NCBI GenBank assembly: GCA_965116475.1
Contig: OZ220691.1
Coordinates: 512,001-576,000 of the forward strand
DNA: 64,000 bases
Source of the DNA: Gemmatimonadota bacterium
Lineage (GTDB): Bacteria > Gemmatimonadota > Gemmatimonadetes > Palauibacterales > Palauibacteraceae
Direction: 5' to 3'
The notes below the pieces were generated by a model that worked only from the letters and a program-made list of their open reading frames with translations, made no database searches and was not told the origin of the DNA. Of the stretch, positions 1 through 9,409 are shown one piece after another. The position numbers were made by a program, and so were the translations under genes. Position 1 is the stretch's first letter. Each line of letters begins with the position of its first letter.

Positions 1-239
1 AGCAGCCCGAGCCCGAGGCGGGCGCTCAGGTCGAGTGGGCCCTCGACCGCGGCGCCGTGCGCGCCGCCGCCCAGGAGCACGCCCGCCGCGGCGAGCGCCG
101 CGATGAGCAGGAGGACGGCGAGCGTGAGCGGCGCCCCGTCCGTCACGAGGAGGAAAATGCCCGAGGCGCCGGCGCCCAGCGCCCCGACCCGCCACAGCAA
201 GCCCGACCGTGCCGCCGAAGCCACGCCGCTCTCGCTCAT
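1..239 (-). CDS. Membrane protein, 5' part only (runs off window start)
   Basis: ATG at 239 overlaps the stop of the enoyl-CoA hydratase (ATGA). Manual translation MSESGVASAARSGLLWRVGALGAGASGIFLLV...LTLAVLLLIAALAAAGVLLG is hydrophobic and open to base 1. Confidence 0.6.
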   Translation of the reverse strand, partial: MSESGVASAARSGLLWRVGALGAGASGIFLLVTDGAPLTLAVLLLIAALAAAGVLLGGGAHGAAVEGPLDLSARLGLGL

Positions 240-1009
240 GCTCTCTCCCCCTTCAGGAACCGGCGGATTCCCGCCTGGCAGTCGTCCGTCATGCGGGCCA
301 GCGCGTTCACGCGGGCGCCGGTCGCGATCGCCGCCTCGAAGCTCTGTCCTTCCGTGCCGTACAGCAGCTTCTTCGTGAGCGCGAGCGCGGACGCGCTCCG
401 CCCCGCGAGTTCGGCCAGGAAGGCGGCACTCTCCGCCTCGAACTCCGCGTCCGCGTAGATTCGGTTCACGAGGCCGAGCCGCGATGCCTCCGCCGCGTCG
501 ATCGTGTCCCCGAGCGACATCAACTCGAAGGCGCGCTTCTCGCCCAGGTTCCGGCGCAGGATCGCCGTCACCATCGCGGGCACGAAACCGAGCCGCACCT
601 CCGGGTAGCCGAAGCGGGCGCTCTCGGCCGCGAGCACGAGGTCGCACGCCGTCGCGAGACCGCACCCGCCCGCCAGCGCCCGGCCGTGCACGATGGCGAC
701 GACCGGCTTCGAGAGCTTCCGCAGGAGCGTGAACAGTTCGCCCAGCACCTCCGCCTCGCGCAGGCTGGCCATGATCCCTTCCTCGACCGAGGCCTGCACC
801 TCCGCCAGGTCCGCGCCCGCGCAGAAGTCCGGCCCGCGCCCTCCGATCCCCACCACGCGCACGCGGGCGTCCGCCTCGGCGAGCGCGAGCGCCTCCTTCA
901 TCTCCGCGACGAGCGCCCCGCTCAGCGCGTTGCGGCGCTCCGCGCGGTCGAGACGGATCCGGTTCACGCCGGTCCGTTCGTCGATCTCGATCTCGAGGTA
1001 TTCGAACAT
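236..1009 (-). CDS. Enoyl-CoA hydratase/isomerase (methylglutaconyl-CoA hydratase-like)
   Basis: Crotonase motifs RRNAL, FCAGADL, KPVVAIVHGRALAGGCGLATACD, FGYPEVRLG. Confidence 0.9.
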   Translation of the reverse strand: MFEYLEIEIDERTGVNRIRLDRAERRNALSGALVAEMKEALALAEADARVRVVGIGGRGPDFCAGADLAEVQASVEEGIMASLREAEVLGELFTLLRKLSKPVVAIVHGRALAGGCGLATACDLVLAAESARFGYPEVRLGFVPAMVTAILRRNLGEKRAFELMSLGDTIDAAEASRLGLVNRIYADAEFEAESAAFLAELAGRSASALALTKKLLYGTEGQSFEAAIATGARVNALARMTDDCQAGIRRFLKGERA

Positions 1010-1036
1010 GGGCCTCCCGGGTGCCCGAACCGCGTC

Positions 1037-1375
1037 TCAGTCGGCCCGGTTCAGGAGATGGTCCGGCACGTCGATCTCCATCCTCAGCAGGGCGGTGGCG
1101 AACGTCTTTCCCTGGGCGTCGAGCATGAGCGATACGGTCCCGCCGCCTCCCAGCGACCGGTGGAGCAGGAAGTTGAGCGCCCGCAGGTTGGGAAGCTCGA
1201 AGCGCTCGACCTCGCCTTCGCAGATTCCCTTGAAGTGATACTTCACACGTTCCGCCGTAACTTCCTTCACCAATATCGGATAAATAGACGACCGGAAAGC
1301 GATGAGACCCACGTTCGCCGTGTCTCCCTTGTCGCCCGAGCGGGCGAACGCGATCTCCCTCAGCTGCACTTTCAC
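1037..1375 (-). CDS. AtuA-related small protein (AtuA C-terminal-like domain)
   Basis: ARSGDKGDTANVG...LGGGGTVSL.LDAQGK matches the AtuA C-terminal domain; coupled to the AtuA gene. Confidence 0.8.
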   Translation of the reverse strand: MKVQLREIAFARSGDKGDTANVGLIAFRSSIYPILVKEVTAERVKYHFKGICEGEVERFELPNLRALNFLLHRSLGGGGTVSLMLDAQGKTFATALLRMEIDVPDHLLNRAD

Positions 1376-2841
1376 AGCTCCATCGTCTCCACTTTCACGT
1401 TGCCCTCCACGACCCCGCGGTCGATGAGCGCGGGCCAGTAGGCCACGACCTCCTGCACGCGGGGACGGCCGCCCGCGAAGCCGGTCACGGTGGGCGGGCC
1501 CGCGAGGATGAGGGGCGCGACTTCCCGGCTGAAGCGCGACACGGCGTGGCGGTCCGGGCTGCGGACGCCGACCCGCAGCGTGACCTCGGGCAGGTCGTCG
1601 GAAGGGGCGCCGGCCAGCGGCCCGTGACAGGCGCCGGCCCCGACGATCTCCGTCCGGATCTCGTCGAACTCGAGCCCCAGGTGCCGCAGGCGGGCCCGGA
1701 GGATCTCGTCCGCGCGCCGCGCCTTGTCCACGGCGTCAGGCCAGGCGTAGGTCAGCGCGCCCACCGCCTTGAAGCCATCGTGGTACGCGATGGAGACCTT
1801 GAGCTTGTCCGTGCGCGAGCGGCCGGCCACGCCTTCGACCCGGACCCGGTCCCGGCCCAGGTCGCGGAGGCGGATGGTCGAGAAGTCCGCGATCACGTCC
1901 GGCGTGATGTACTCGCCGGGGTCGCCGAGTTCGTACACGATCTGCTCCGCCACGGTCGCCCACGTCACCCGCCCGCCGAGGTCCGGGTGCTTCGTCACCA
2001 CGAAGGTTCCGTCCTCCTCCGCATCGATGATGGGATAGCCCGGCAGCGCGAGGTCGATTTCGCGCCAGTCGACGAGCGAGTTTCCGCCGGAAGCCTGGCA
2101 GCCGCATTCGTTGATGTGTCCGGCGACGACCCCGTGCGCGAGCCGGTCCCAGTCGTCGGCCGGCCAGGAGAACTCGTGCATCAGGGGCCCGTAGGTGAGC
2201 GCCGTGTCCGTCGAGCGCCCGGCCACGACGATGTCGGCCTCCTGCCGCAGCGCTTCGATGATCGGTTCGGCGCCGAGGTACGCGTTCGCGGCGGCCACCC
2301 GGTCGCGCACGGCGGAGAGCGGCTCGCCCGTCTCCATGTGGCGGAGTTCGTGTCCCGCCGCGAGGAGGTCGTCGAGCGAATCCATCAGGTCGTCGCCCGT
2401 GATCACCGCCACGCGCGGCCGGCGCGGCAGCGACTCGTCCGCGAACGCGAACCCGAGTTCGGCCCGGCACCCCTCCGGGTTCACGCCGCCCGCGTTCGAG
2501 ACCACGCGAATCTCGTTCTCGAGGAGATCGCGGATGAGGTCGTCCATCAGGGGCACGAAGTCGCGCGCGTAGCCGGCGGCCGGGTTCCGGTCCCGCTGCT
2601 TCTGCATGATCGACATCGTGATCTCGGCGAGGTAGTCGAGCATCAGGTAGTCGATCGATCCGCGCCGCACCTGCAGCTTGGGCGCCTCCTGCCAGTCTCC
2701 CCAGAACCCCTGCCCGGAGGCGACGCGCACCCGGCGGCCGCCGTTGCGCCCGATGCGGGCCGGGCGCGGCCGTTCCTCGAGGCCCACCGCGGCCGGCGCC
2801 TCTTCGAGCAGGGCTTCCGGCGCCCCGGGCTGCGCGTTCAC
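1372..2841 (-). CDS. Acyclic terpene utilisation AtuA family protein (DUF1446)
   Basis: GQGFWGD, DYLAEITM, NAGGVNP, ANAYLG, GHINECG..SGGN, EQIVYE.GDP..YITPDV. Start placed at GTG 2841 overlapping the upstream stop. Confidence 0.88.
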   Translation of the reverse strand: MNAQPGAPEALLEEAPAAVGLEERPRPARIGRNGGRRVRVASGQGFWGDWQEAPKLQVRRGSIDYLMLDYLAEITMSIMQKQRDRNPAAGYARDFVPLMDDLIRDLLENEIRVVSNAGGVNPEGCRAELGFAFADESLPRRPRVAVITGDDLMDSLDDLLAAGHELRHMETGEPLSAVRDRVAAANAYLGAEPIIEALRQEADIVVAGRSTDTALTYGPLMHEFSWPADDWDRLAHGVVAGHINECGCQASGGNSLVDWREIDLALPGYPIIDAEEDGTFVVTKHPDLGGRVTWATVAEQIVYELGDPGEYITPDVIADFSTIRLRDLGRDRVRVEGVAGRSRTDKLKVSIAYHDGFKAVGALTYAWPDAVDKARRADEILRARLRHLGLEFDEIRTEIVGAGACHGPLAGAPSDDLPEVTLRVGVRSPDRHAVSRFSREVAPLILAGPPTVTGFAGGRPRVQEVVAYWPALIDRGVVEGNVKVETMEL

Positions 2842-4448
2842 AGGCTGTCCGGGAGGGTGAAGGGTCCGAGATGAGGGCCCGGGTTGCCGAGCGAGCACCG
2901 GAGCGCGAGCGACAGCACCGCCCGCGTGTCCTCCGGGGTCACGATCGCGTCCACGTAGCCGCGCGCCGCCGCGTATTTCGCATCGAGCTGCTCCTCGTAG
3001 TTCTCCCGCGTCCGTTCGATCGCCGCCGCCGTCTCCTCATCCATCTCTCCGCCCGCCGCTTCCTCGAGCTTGCGCCCGAACGCGGCCTGCACGGCGGCCT
3101 CCCCCTCCATCACCCCCATCCGTCCCGTCGGCCAGGTGAAGATGAAGTCGGGGTCGAACCCCTGCGCCGCCATCGCGTAGTACCCCGCCCCGCTCGCGTG
3201 GTTGACCGTGAGCACGATCTTGGGCACGCGGGCCGTCGCCATGGACTCGACCATGCGCGCGCCCGCCCGGATGATCCCGGACTGCTCCGCCTTCGGCCCG
3301 ACCATGAACCCGCTCACGTCCTGCACGAAGAGGAGCGGCGTGTCGTGCCGGTCGCACAGCTCCATGAAGTACGCCACCTTCTCCGCGCTCTCCGTGTACA
3401 CGATGCCGCCGAACTTCGGCGGCTCGCCGGCCTCGCCCCGGAACATGCCCCGCCGGTTCGCGATCACCCCCACGCGGTAGCCATCGAGGTGCCCCGTTCC
3501 CGTGAGCATCTCCGGCGCGCGGTCCGCCTGGAACTCCTCGAACGGACCCTCGTCGAGGATGGTATCGAGGACCGCTTCCATGTCGAAGGGCTGGCGGTGG
3601 TCGCCCGGCAGGAGCGCGTAGGCCTCCTCCGCGGCGCGGGCCGCGTCCCGCGCTTCGGCGGCCGGGTCCGGGCGCAGGCCGACGGGGAGGCCGGCGACGA
3701 GCGCGCGGACCTTCTCGATGCACGCGCGGTCGTCCTCCACCCGGTAGTGCGCCACGCCGCTCACGCGGTTGTGCATGAGCGCCCCGCCGAGTTCCTCGGC
3801 CTCGACCTCCTGCCCCGTCGCCCCCTTCACCAGGTTCGGCCCCCCGAGACCCATGAAGCTCGTCCCCTCGACCATCACGATCACGTCCGACAGGGCGGGC
3901 AGGTAGGCGCCCCCCGCGATGCACTGGCCCATCACGGCGGAGATCTGCGGCACCTCGAGGTAGTGTCGCATGATCGAGTTGTAGTAGAAGATGCGGCTGG
4001 CGCCGTACTGTCCCGGGAAGACGCCGCCCTGATACGGCAGGTTCACGCCGGCCGAATCCACGAGATAGACGATGGGCACGCGGCACCGCATCGCGACCTC
4101 CTGCGCCCGCAGGATCTTCGTGATCGTCTCGGGCCACCAGCTCCCGGCCTTGACGGTCTGGTCGTTGGCGACGATGACGACCTCGCGCCCGCAGACCTCC
4201 CCCACTCCGGTGACCACGCCGGCGGCCGGCGCCTGGCCGTCGTACCGGTCGTGCGCGATGAGGAGGCCGATCTCGAGGAAACCGCCGCCCTCGTCGATGA
4301 GGAGGTCGACCCGCTCGCGGGCCGTGAGCTTGCCCTGGGCGTGCTGCCGGGCCACGCGCGCTTCCCCGCCGCCGCGCTGGATCCGGGCTTCGAGCTCGCG
4401 CAGTTCGGCGACGAGCGCGCCCATCCGGCTGTCGTCGTTGTCGCTCAC
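2838..4448 (-). CDS. Acyl-CoA carboxylase carboxyltransferase (beta) subunit
   Basis: [56 protein letters not shown]. Confidence 0.92.
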   Translation of the reverse strand: MSDNDDSRMGALVAELRELEARIQRGGGEARVARQHAQGKLTARERVDLLIDEGGGFLEIGLLIAHDRYDGQAPAAGVVTGVGEVCGREVVIVANDQTVKAGSWWPETITKILRAQEVAMRCRVPIVYLVDSAGVNLPYQGGVFPGQYGASRIFYYNSIMRHYLEVPQISAVMGQCIAGGAYLPALSDVIVMVEGTSFMGLGGPNLVKGATGQEVEAEELGGALMHNRVSGVAHYRVEDDRACIEKVRALVAGLPVGLRPDPAAEARDAARAAEEAYALLPGDHRQPFDMEAVLDTILDEGPFEEFQADRAPEMLTGTGHLDGYRVGVIANRRGMFRGEAGEPPKFGGIVYTESAEKVAYFMELCDRHDTPLLFVQDVSGFMVGPKAEQSGIIRAGARMVESMATARVPKIVLTVNHASGAGYYAMAAQGFDPDFIFTWPTGRMGVMEGEAAVQAAFGRKLEEAAGGEMDEETAAAIERTRENYEEQLDAKYAAARGYVDAIVTPEDTRAVLSLALRCSLGNPGPHLGPFTLPDSL

Positions 4449-4912
4449 GATTCGCGCCCGTGCTCCTCGAACCAGGCGCGGATGTAGTCGACGGCGTCGG
4501 AGGTGGCGGTCCCGGGACCGAAGAGGCGGCCGACGCCGAGGTCGTGCAGCGCCTCCATGTCCTCGGCGGGGATGATCCCTCCGCCGGTGAGCAGCACCCC
4601 GTCCATCCCCTGGCCTTCGAGGAGCGACTTCACGCGCGGGAAGAGCGTCATGTGCGCCCCCGACAGGATCGAGAGCGCCACGACGTCCACGTCCTCCTGG
4701 AGCGCGGTGGCGGCAATCATCTCCGGCGTCTGGTGGAGGCCCGTGTAGATGACCTCCATCCCCGCATCCTGGAGGGCGGCCGCCATCACCTTCGCGCCGC
4801 GGTCGTGGCCGTCGAGGCCCGGTTTGGCCACAAGCACACGGATCTTCGGTTCGATCAAGCGCTTCTTCCCGGCAGTTCGTTTCGGGAGTTCATCCCGGAA
4901 GTTCTCGGTCAC
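4445..4912 (-). CDS. Cobalamin-binding domain protein (methylmalonyl-CoA mutase small-subunit type)
   Basis: [14 protein letters not shown] (DxHxxG), GLHQTPE, SILSGAH, GGIIP, FGPGT. Confidence 0.92.
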   Translation of the reverse strand: MTENFRDELPKRTAGKKRLIEPKIRVLVAKPGLDGHDRGAKVMAAALQDAGMEVIYTGLHQTPEMIAATALQEDVDVVALSILSGAHMTLFPRVKSLLEGQGMDGVLLTGGGIIPAEDMEALHDLGVGRLFGPGTATSDAVDYIRAWFEEHGRES

Positions 4913-5025
4913 GAGGGGACGGTCGAAAGTATCCGGGGAAAGGCGCGCACTGCAACGACGATCCGGCGCCCATGCGGTCTGTCTCCGGGGTTGCCCCGAC
5001 CCGCTCCGCTCCGCACCCTCGTCTC

Positions 5026-6147
5026 ATGCGCGACGACGCGACACGAGTACACCGGACCCTTCTGAACCTGGCGGCCTTCGTCATCATCGTGGCCGGCATG
5101 CGGGCCGCGTCCGCGCTTGTCGTCTCGTTCGTGCTCGCCCTCTTTCTCACCATCCTGTGCTCGACGCCGCTGCGCTGGCTGACGGACCACCGGATCCCCA
5201 AGTCCGTCGCGGTCCTCGCCCTGGTGCTCGTCATCCTCGCCCTCGGAACGGTGGCGGGGAGCCTGCTCGCGACCCCCGTCGTCGAACTCGGACGCTCGGA
5301 AGCGCAACTCGACCGCCTCTTCGCGGAGCAGATCGAGGCGGTGGAGGCCACGCTGAGCGACTACATGGTGCGTTTCGGGCTCCAGTCCCCCCTGCTCGAC
5401 ACCAACGAACTCATCTCGATCTCGCCGAGCTGGATGCTCGGCCTGATGCGGCAGCTCGTCGAGAACCTGGGGTTCATCCTCGCCAACGGGCTCCTGATCA
5501 TCCTCACGATGGTCTTCATGCTGCTCGAGGTGTCGAGCTTCCCCACCAAGGTGCGGGTCGCCCTCGGCGAGGCCGAAGCGACGGAGGCACGGGAGAACTG
5601 GGAGAAGGTCGGGAGCGCGATCCGGCGCTACGTCGTGCTCAAGACGATCGTCAGCCTGGGGACCGGCCTCTGCGTCGCGGGCCTCATGGCGCTCCTGGGC
5701 GTCAACTACCCGATGCTGTGGGGCGGGCTCGCGTTCCTGCTGAACTACGTGCCCAACATCGGGTCCTTCATCGCCGCCATACCGGCCGTGCTCGTCGCGT
5801 GGCTCACGGTCGGGGTCGGAACGGCGGTCGCCGCCGCCGCCGGGTTCCTCGTCGTCAACATCGTCTGGGGCAACCTCATCGAGCCCAAGGTCATGGGGTA
5901 CAGCGTGGGCCTCTCCACGCTCGTCGTGTTCGCTTCGCTCGTCTTCTGGGGCTGGGTCCTGGGACCCGTGGGGATGCTGCTGTCGGTGCCGCTCACGGTG
6001 ATGTTCCGCATCGTGCTGGGGACGAACGAGTCCACCCGCTGGATCGCGGTCCTGCTGGGCTCGGAACGCTCCGACGAGATCACGGCCGCGATCGAGGCCG
6101 AAGTCGCCGGCGCGCTCGGGATGGAGGGCCAGGCGGGCACGCCCTGA
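5026..6147 (+). CDS. AI-2E family transporter
   Basis: Multi-TM protein with FLLNYVPNIG and GNLIEPKVMG..VGLS...SLVFWGWVLGPVGMLLSVPL. Confidence 0.9.
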   Translation: MRDDATRVHRTLLNLAAFVIIVAGMRAASALVVSFVLALFLTILCSTPLRWLTDHRIPKSVAVLALVLVILALGTVAGSLLATPVVELGRSEAQLDRLFAEQIEAVEATLSDYMVRFGLQSPLLDTNELISISPSWMLGLMRQLVENLGFILANGLLIILTMVFMLLEVSSFPTKVRVALGEAEATEARENWEKVGSAIRRYVVLKTIVSLGTGLCVAGLMALLGVNYPMLWGGLAFLLNYVPNIGSFIAAIPAVLVAWLTVGVGTAVAAAAGFLVVNIVWGNLIEPKVMGYSVGLSTLVVFASLVFWGWVLGPVGMLLSVPLTVMFRIVLGTNESTRWIAVLLGSERSDEITAAIEAEVAGALGMEGQAGTP

Positions 6148-6163
6148 GCGGCGGGACGGGCTG

Positions 6164-7255
6164 CTAGGCCGCCGCCGCGCGGAAGATGTCCAGTGCTCCC
6201 GCCACATCGTCATCCGTCGTGTGGAGGTGGGGGATGACGCGCAGGTCGCGCCGGCTGTAGGCGTTGAGCAGGACACCGTTCTCGCGGCAGCGGGCCGCGA
6301 ACTCCGGCGCGTCGACCGCCGTCGTCCGGAAGCGCACGATGTTCGTCTCCACGCCGTCGACGTCCACCTCGAGGCCGGGGATTTCGGCGAGTCCACGGGC
6401 CAGCCGCCTCGCCCGGGCGTGATCCTGCGCGAGCCGCTCGCGGTGGTGCCCGAGCGCGTACAGGGCGCCGGCGGCGACGATCCCCGCCTGCCGGAAGCCT
6501 CCGCCGTAGAGCTGCTTGAAGCGGCGGGCGCGCTCGATGAGGCCGGCCGGGCCGGCGAGGGCGGAACCCAGCGGGGCACCGAGCGCCTTGGAGAAGCAGA
6601 CGTTCACCGTGTCGAAGCCCGCCGCGAACTCGGCCTCGGGGATGCCGGTGGCGGCGGTCGCGTTCCACAGCCGGGCGCCGTCGAGGTGGGTCGCGAGGCC
6701 GGCCTCGCGCGCGGCGGCGAGCATCTCGCGCAGGAGGTCCGGCGGCCACACCGCGCCGCCCGCCCCGTTGTGCGTGTTCTCGGCGCAGACGAGGCGCACG
6801 GGCGACTGCATGCGCGCGCGCACGGTTCCCATTTCGAGGTTGAGCGCCGCGCGCAGCGTCGCCGCGCCGAACATGCCGCGTTCGCCTTCGAGCGGCCGGA
6901 TGACGACCCCGGAGATCGGCGACGGCGCGCCCCCCTCGCCGAACCAGATGTGCGCTCCCGGGCCGATGAGGACGGCGTCGCCCGGCTCCGTGTGCGCGCG
7001 CAGGGCGAGCTGGTTGCTCATCGTCCCGGTCGGCACGTACATGGCGGCTTCCTTGCCGAGGATCTCCGCCGTCCGCCGCTCGAGTTCGAGCACCGTCGGG
7101 TCGTCCCCGTAGCAGTCGTCGCCCACGGGCGCCGCGGCCATCGCCGCCCGCATCGCCTCCGTCGGGCGCGTCACCGTGTCGCTGCGGAGGTCAATCATCT
7201 TCCCCGCCCCGTGCGCGGCTCCGTGCGCAGCCTCGTTTCCGGGCGCGGGGCTCAC
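6164..7255 (-). CDS. ltaE: Low-specificity L-threonine aldolase (PLP)
   Basis: IDLRSDTVT, GDDCYGDDP, PTGTMSN, ENTHN, HLDGARL, CFSKALGAP. Confidence 0.88.
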   Translation of the reverse strand: MSPAPGNEAAHGAAHGAGKMIDLRSDTVTRPTEAMRAAMAAAPVGDDCYGDDPTVLELERRTAEILGKEAAMYVPTGTMSNQLALRAHTEPGDAVLIGPGAHIWFGEGGAPSPISGVVIRPLEGERGMFGAATLRAALNLEMGTVRARMQSPVRLVCAENTHNGAGGAVWPPDLLREMLAAAREAGLATHLDGARLWNATAATGIPEAEFAAGFDTVNVCFSKALGAPLGSALAGPAGLIERARRFKQLYGGGFRQAGIVAAGALYALGHHRERLAQDHARARRLARGLAEIPGLEVDVDGVETNIVRFRTTAVDAPEFAARCRENGVLLNAYSRRDLRVIPHLHTTDDDVAGALDIFRAAAA

Positions 7256-9009
7256 GAGGCGAACTGCGGCGGTCGCCGCAGGTGGTGCTCCGTCGCGTCC
7301 TGCACCGCCTTCGCGAGCCGCAGCGCCTCCGCGTCGCCGAACAGCTTCCCGACGAACGAAATGCTCGTCGGCGTCCCGTCTTCCGAGCGGTATCCGTTGG
7401 GGATCACGACCTGCGGGTGGCCGGTGAGGTTCGTGAGCAGGAGCATCGACCCCCCGAAGCTCGGCGTGACGACGACATCGATCCCCTCCATCGTCCGCGC
7501 GAAACGGTGCATGGCGATCGTGCGCAGCCGGTTCGCCTGGATGTACTCGGACGCGGGGATCATGCGACCGGTGCGCATGATGTTGGGGCGCGCGTTCTCC
7601 CCCTGCAGCACGAGTTCATCCTCGCGCCCGCTCAGGATCAGGTCGTCGAACGCCGCCCCCTGCTCCGCGCTGAGGATGATCCGCATCGCGTCGTAGGGGA
7701 GGTCGTCCGGCAGTTCCAGCGGCACCGGATCGATCCCGAGCCCGCGCACGACCTCGAGCGACGCCTCATCGAACGCCCTCCACTCCGCGTCCTCCCGCTC
7801 CGCCTCGAAGGCCGAGGGCACCCAGGCGACCCGCAGGTCCGAGAGGGGTCGCGCCGGGTCCCAGTCGAAGGCCACGTCGCGCGCGGTCGGATCCTGGTCG
7901 TCGGACCCCTGGATCGCATCGAGCACGATCGCGCAGTCCTCCACGCTGCGGCAGATCGGCCCCAGCTTGTCCATCGACCACGAGAGGGCCATCGCCCCCG
8001 CCCGGCTCACGCGCCCGAAGGTGGGCCGGAGCCCCGAGGCGCCGCAGCGCGTGGACGGAGAAACGATCGAACCCAGCGTCTCGCTCCCGATCGCGAACCC
8101 GACGAGCCCCGCCACGACCGCCGCCGTGGACCCGGCGGAGGACCCGCTCGACCCCTGCTCGAGGTTCCACGGGTTCCGCGTCAGCCCCCCGTACCACACA
8201 TCCCCGCGCGCCAGCGCCCCCAGCGTGAGCTTCGCGACGAGCACCGCGCCCGCCTCCTCGAGCTTCCGGCCCACGGTGGAGTCTTCCGGGATGTACTGGT
8301 CTTCGTAGGGCTTGGCGCCCCACGTCGTGAGGGTCTCGTCCTCGGAGAGAAGGTCCTTCGCCCCCCAGGGGATCCCGTGCAGCGGCCCCCGGTAGTATCC
8401 CCGCGCGATCTCGGCGTCGGCGCGCGCCGCCTGTCGCATGGCGAGGTCCTCCGTAAGCGTGATCACGGCCAGCAGCGTATCGCCGTGGGCGCGCAGCCTG
8501 CCCAGGTACATCTCGGTGAGTTCGGTCGACGTCACCTGCCGGGAGCGGACCAGCTGGGCGAGGTCGGTCACCGGCCGGAACGCGAGTTCCTCGAGGTTTG
8601 CGGGCCGCTCGAGGCCCCGGGGACGCGTGTAACGGAAGACGGTCGACGCGGATGGGGCGGGATAGGAAGTCCCCGGAAGCACGGGATTGAAGTGGAGAGC
8701 GGGGACGACGGCGTTCGGCATCCCCATCGTGCGGAGTTGCGCGTACCGCTCCCGCATCGCGTTCACTTCCTCCACCATGAGTTCGACCTCGTCCTCGCTG
8801 AAGTCGAGCCCGGCGACGCGCACGGCAGCGCTGATGTCAGCCCGGGTGACAGCCTCCTGCCCCTGGTTGGTGCGCGCCCACAGCGCGGCCGGCAGCGCCG
8901 TCCCCCCCAACCCGAGCGCCGACAGCGACGCCATGAACGCCCGCCGATCCAAGCGTCCAGCGTACAGGGGTCGAGATTCTCTTCGCTGGTCGTGGGACAT
9001 GATCATCAC
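7252..9009 (-). CDS. Amidase-signature family enzyme with Tat-like signal
   Basis: GPLHGIPWGAKD, GSSGSSAG, IGSETLGSIVSP, GLRPTFGRVSR; N-terminal DRRAFM twin-arginine motif. Confidence 0.9.
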   Translation of the reverse strand: MMIMSHDQRRESRPLYAGRLDRRAFMASLSALGLGGTALPAALWARTNQGQEAVTRADISAAVRVAGLDFSEDEVELMVEEVNAMRERYAQLRTMGMPNAVVPALHFNPVLPGTSYPAPSASTVFRYTRPRGLERPANLEELAFRPVTDLAQLVRSRQVTSTELTEMYLGRLRAHGDTLLAVITLTEDLAMRQAARADAEIARGYYRGPLHGIPWGAKDLLSEDETLTTWGAKPYEDQYIPEDSTVGRKLEEAGAVLVAKLTLGALARGDVWYGGLTRNPWNLEQGSSGSSAGSTAAVVAGLVGFAIGSETLGSIVSPSTRCGASGLRPTFGRVSRAGAMALSWSMDKLGPICRSVEDCAIVLDAIQGSDDQDPTARDVAFDWDPARPLSDLRVAWVPSAFEAEREDAEWRAFDEASLEVVRGLGIDPVPLELPDDLPYDAMRIILSAEQGAAFDDLILSGREDELVLQGENARPNIMRTGRMIPASEYIQANRLRTIAMHRFARTMEGIDVVVTPSFGGSMLLLTNLTGHPQVVIPNGYRSEDGTPTSISFVGKLFGDAEALRLAKAVQDATEHHLRRPPQFAS

Positions 9010-9104
9010 CCTTCGCGGCGGCGCTCGTCCAGTTGATCTGAGGAATGTTGTCGGCAGGTGGGGTGCGACCAGACCGGCCGCCGCAGGGCGGCTACGGCAG
9101 TTTG

Positions 9105-9317
9105 CTATGCCGGCACGTCGACCGACGCAACCGAAGTCTGCGGCTCCGGGATGGGGTCGCCGAGCTCTCGAAGGGATTCAACATGGAGGGCGACCGCATC
9201 GCGGAGCAGTTTCTCCGTCTCCTCGCATGAGTCTCCGGCGGCGACACACCCGGGCAAGTCAGGCACATAACCGGAGTAACCATTCGTGGTCTTCTCGATG
9301 ACGGCCGCGTATTTCAA
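9105..9317 (-). CDS. hicB: HicB family antitoxin
   Basis: (M)KYAAVIEK...YSGYVPDLPGCVAAGDS.EE...H.ESLRE.GDPIPEP; TTG start preceded by GGAGG. Confidence 0.85.
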   Translation of the reverse strand: MKYAAVIEKTTNGYSGYVPDLPGCVAAGDSCEETEKLLRDAVALHVESLRELGDPIPEPQTSVASVDVPA

Positions 9318-9394
9318 TGCAACCTCCCCTGTCCAATTCCCGCTTGTTTCAGGATACTCCGCCACGTTCCAAGGGCCAAGTCTTTGCTGCCCAC
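9314..9394 (-). pseudogene. hicA: 3' remnant of HicA toxin
   Basis: Manual translation VGSKDLALGTWRSILKQAGIGQGRLH* matches the HicA C-terminus (DL..GT..SILKQAG). Its stop overlaps the hicB start and the N-terminal half is missing. Confidence 0.75.
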
Positions 9395-9409
9395 CTCTAT
9401 CAACGGGCC

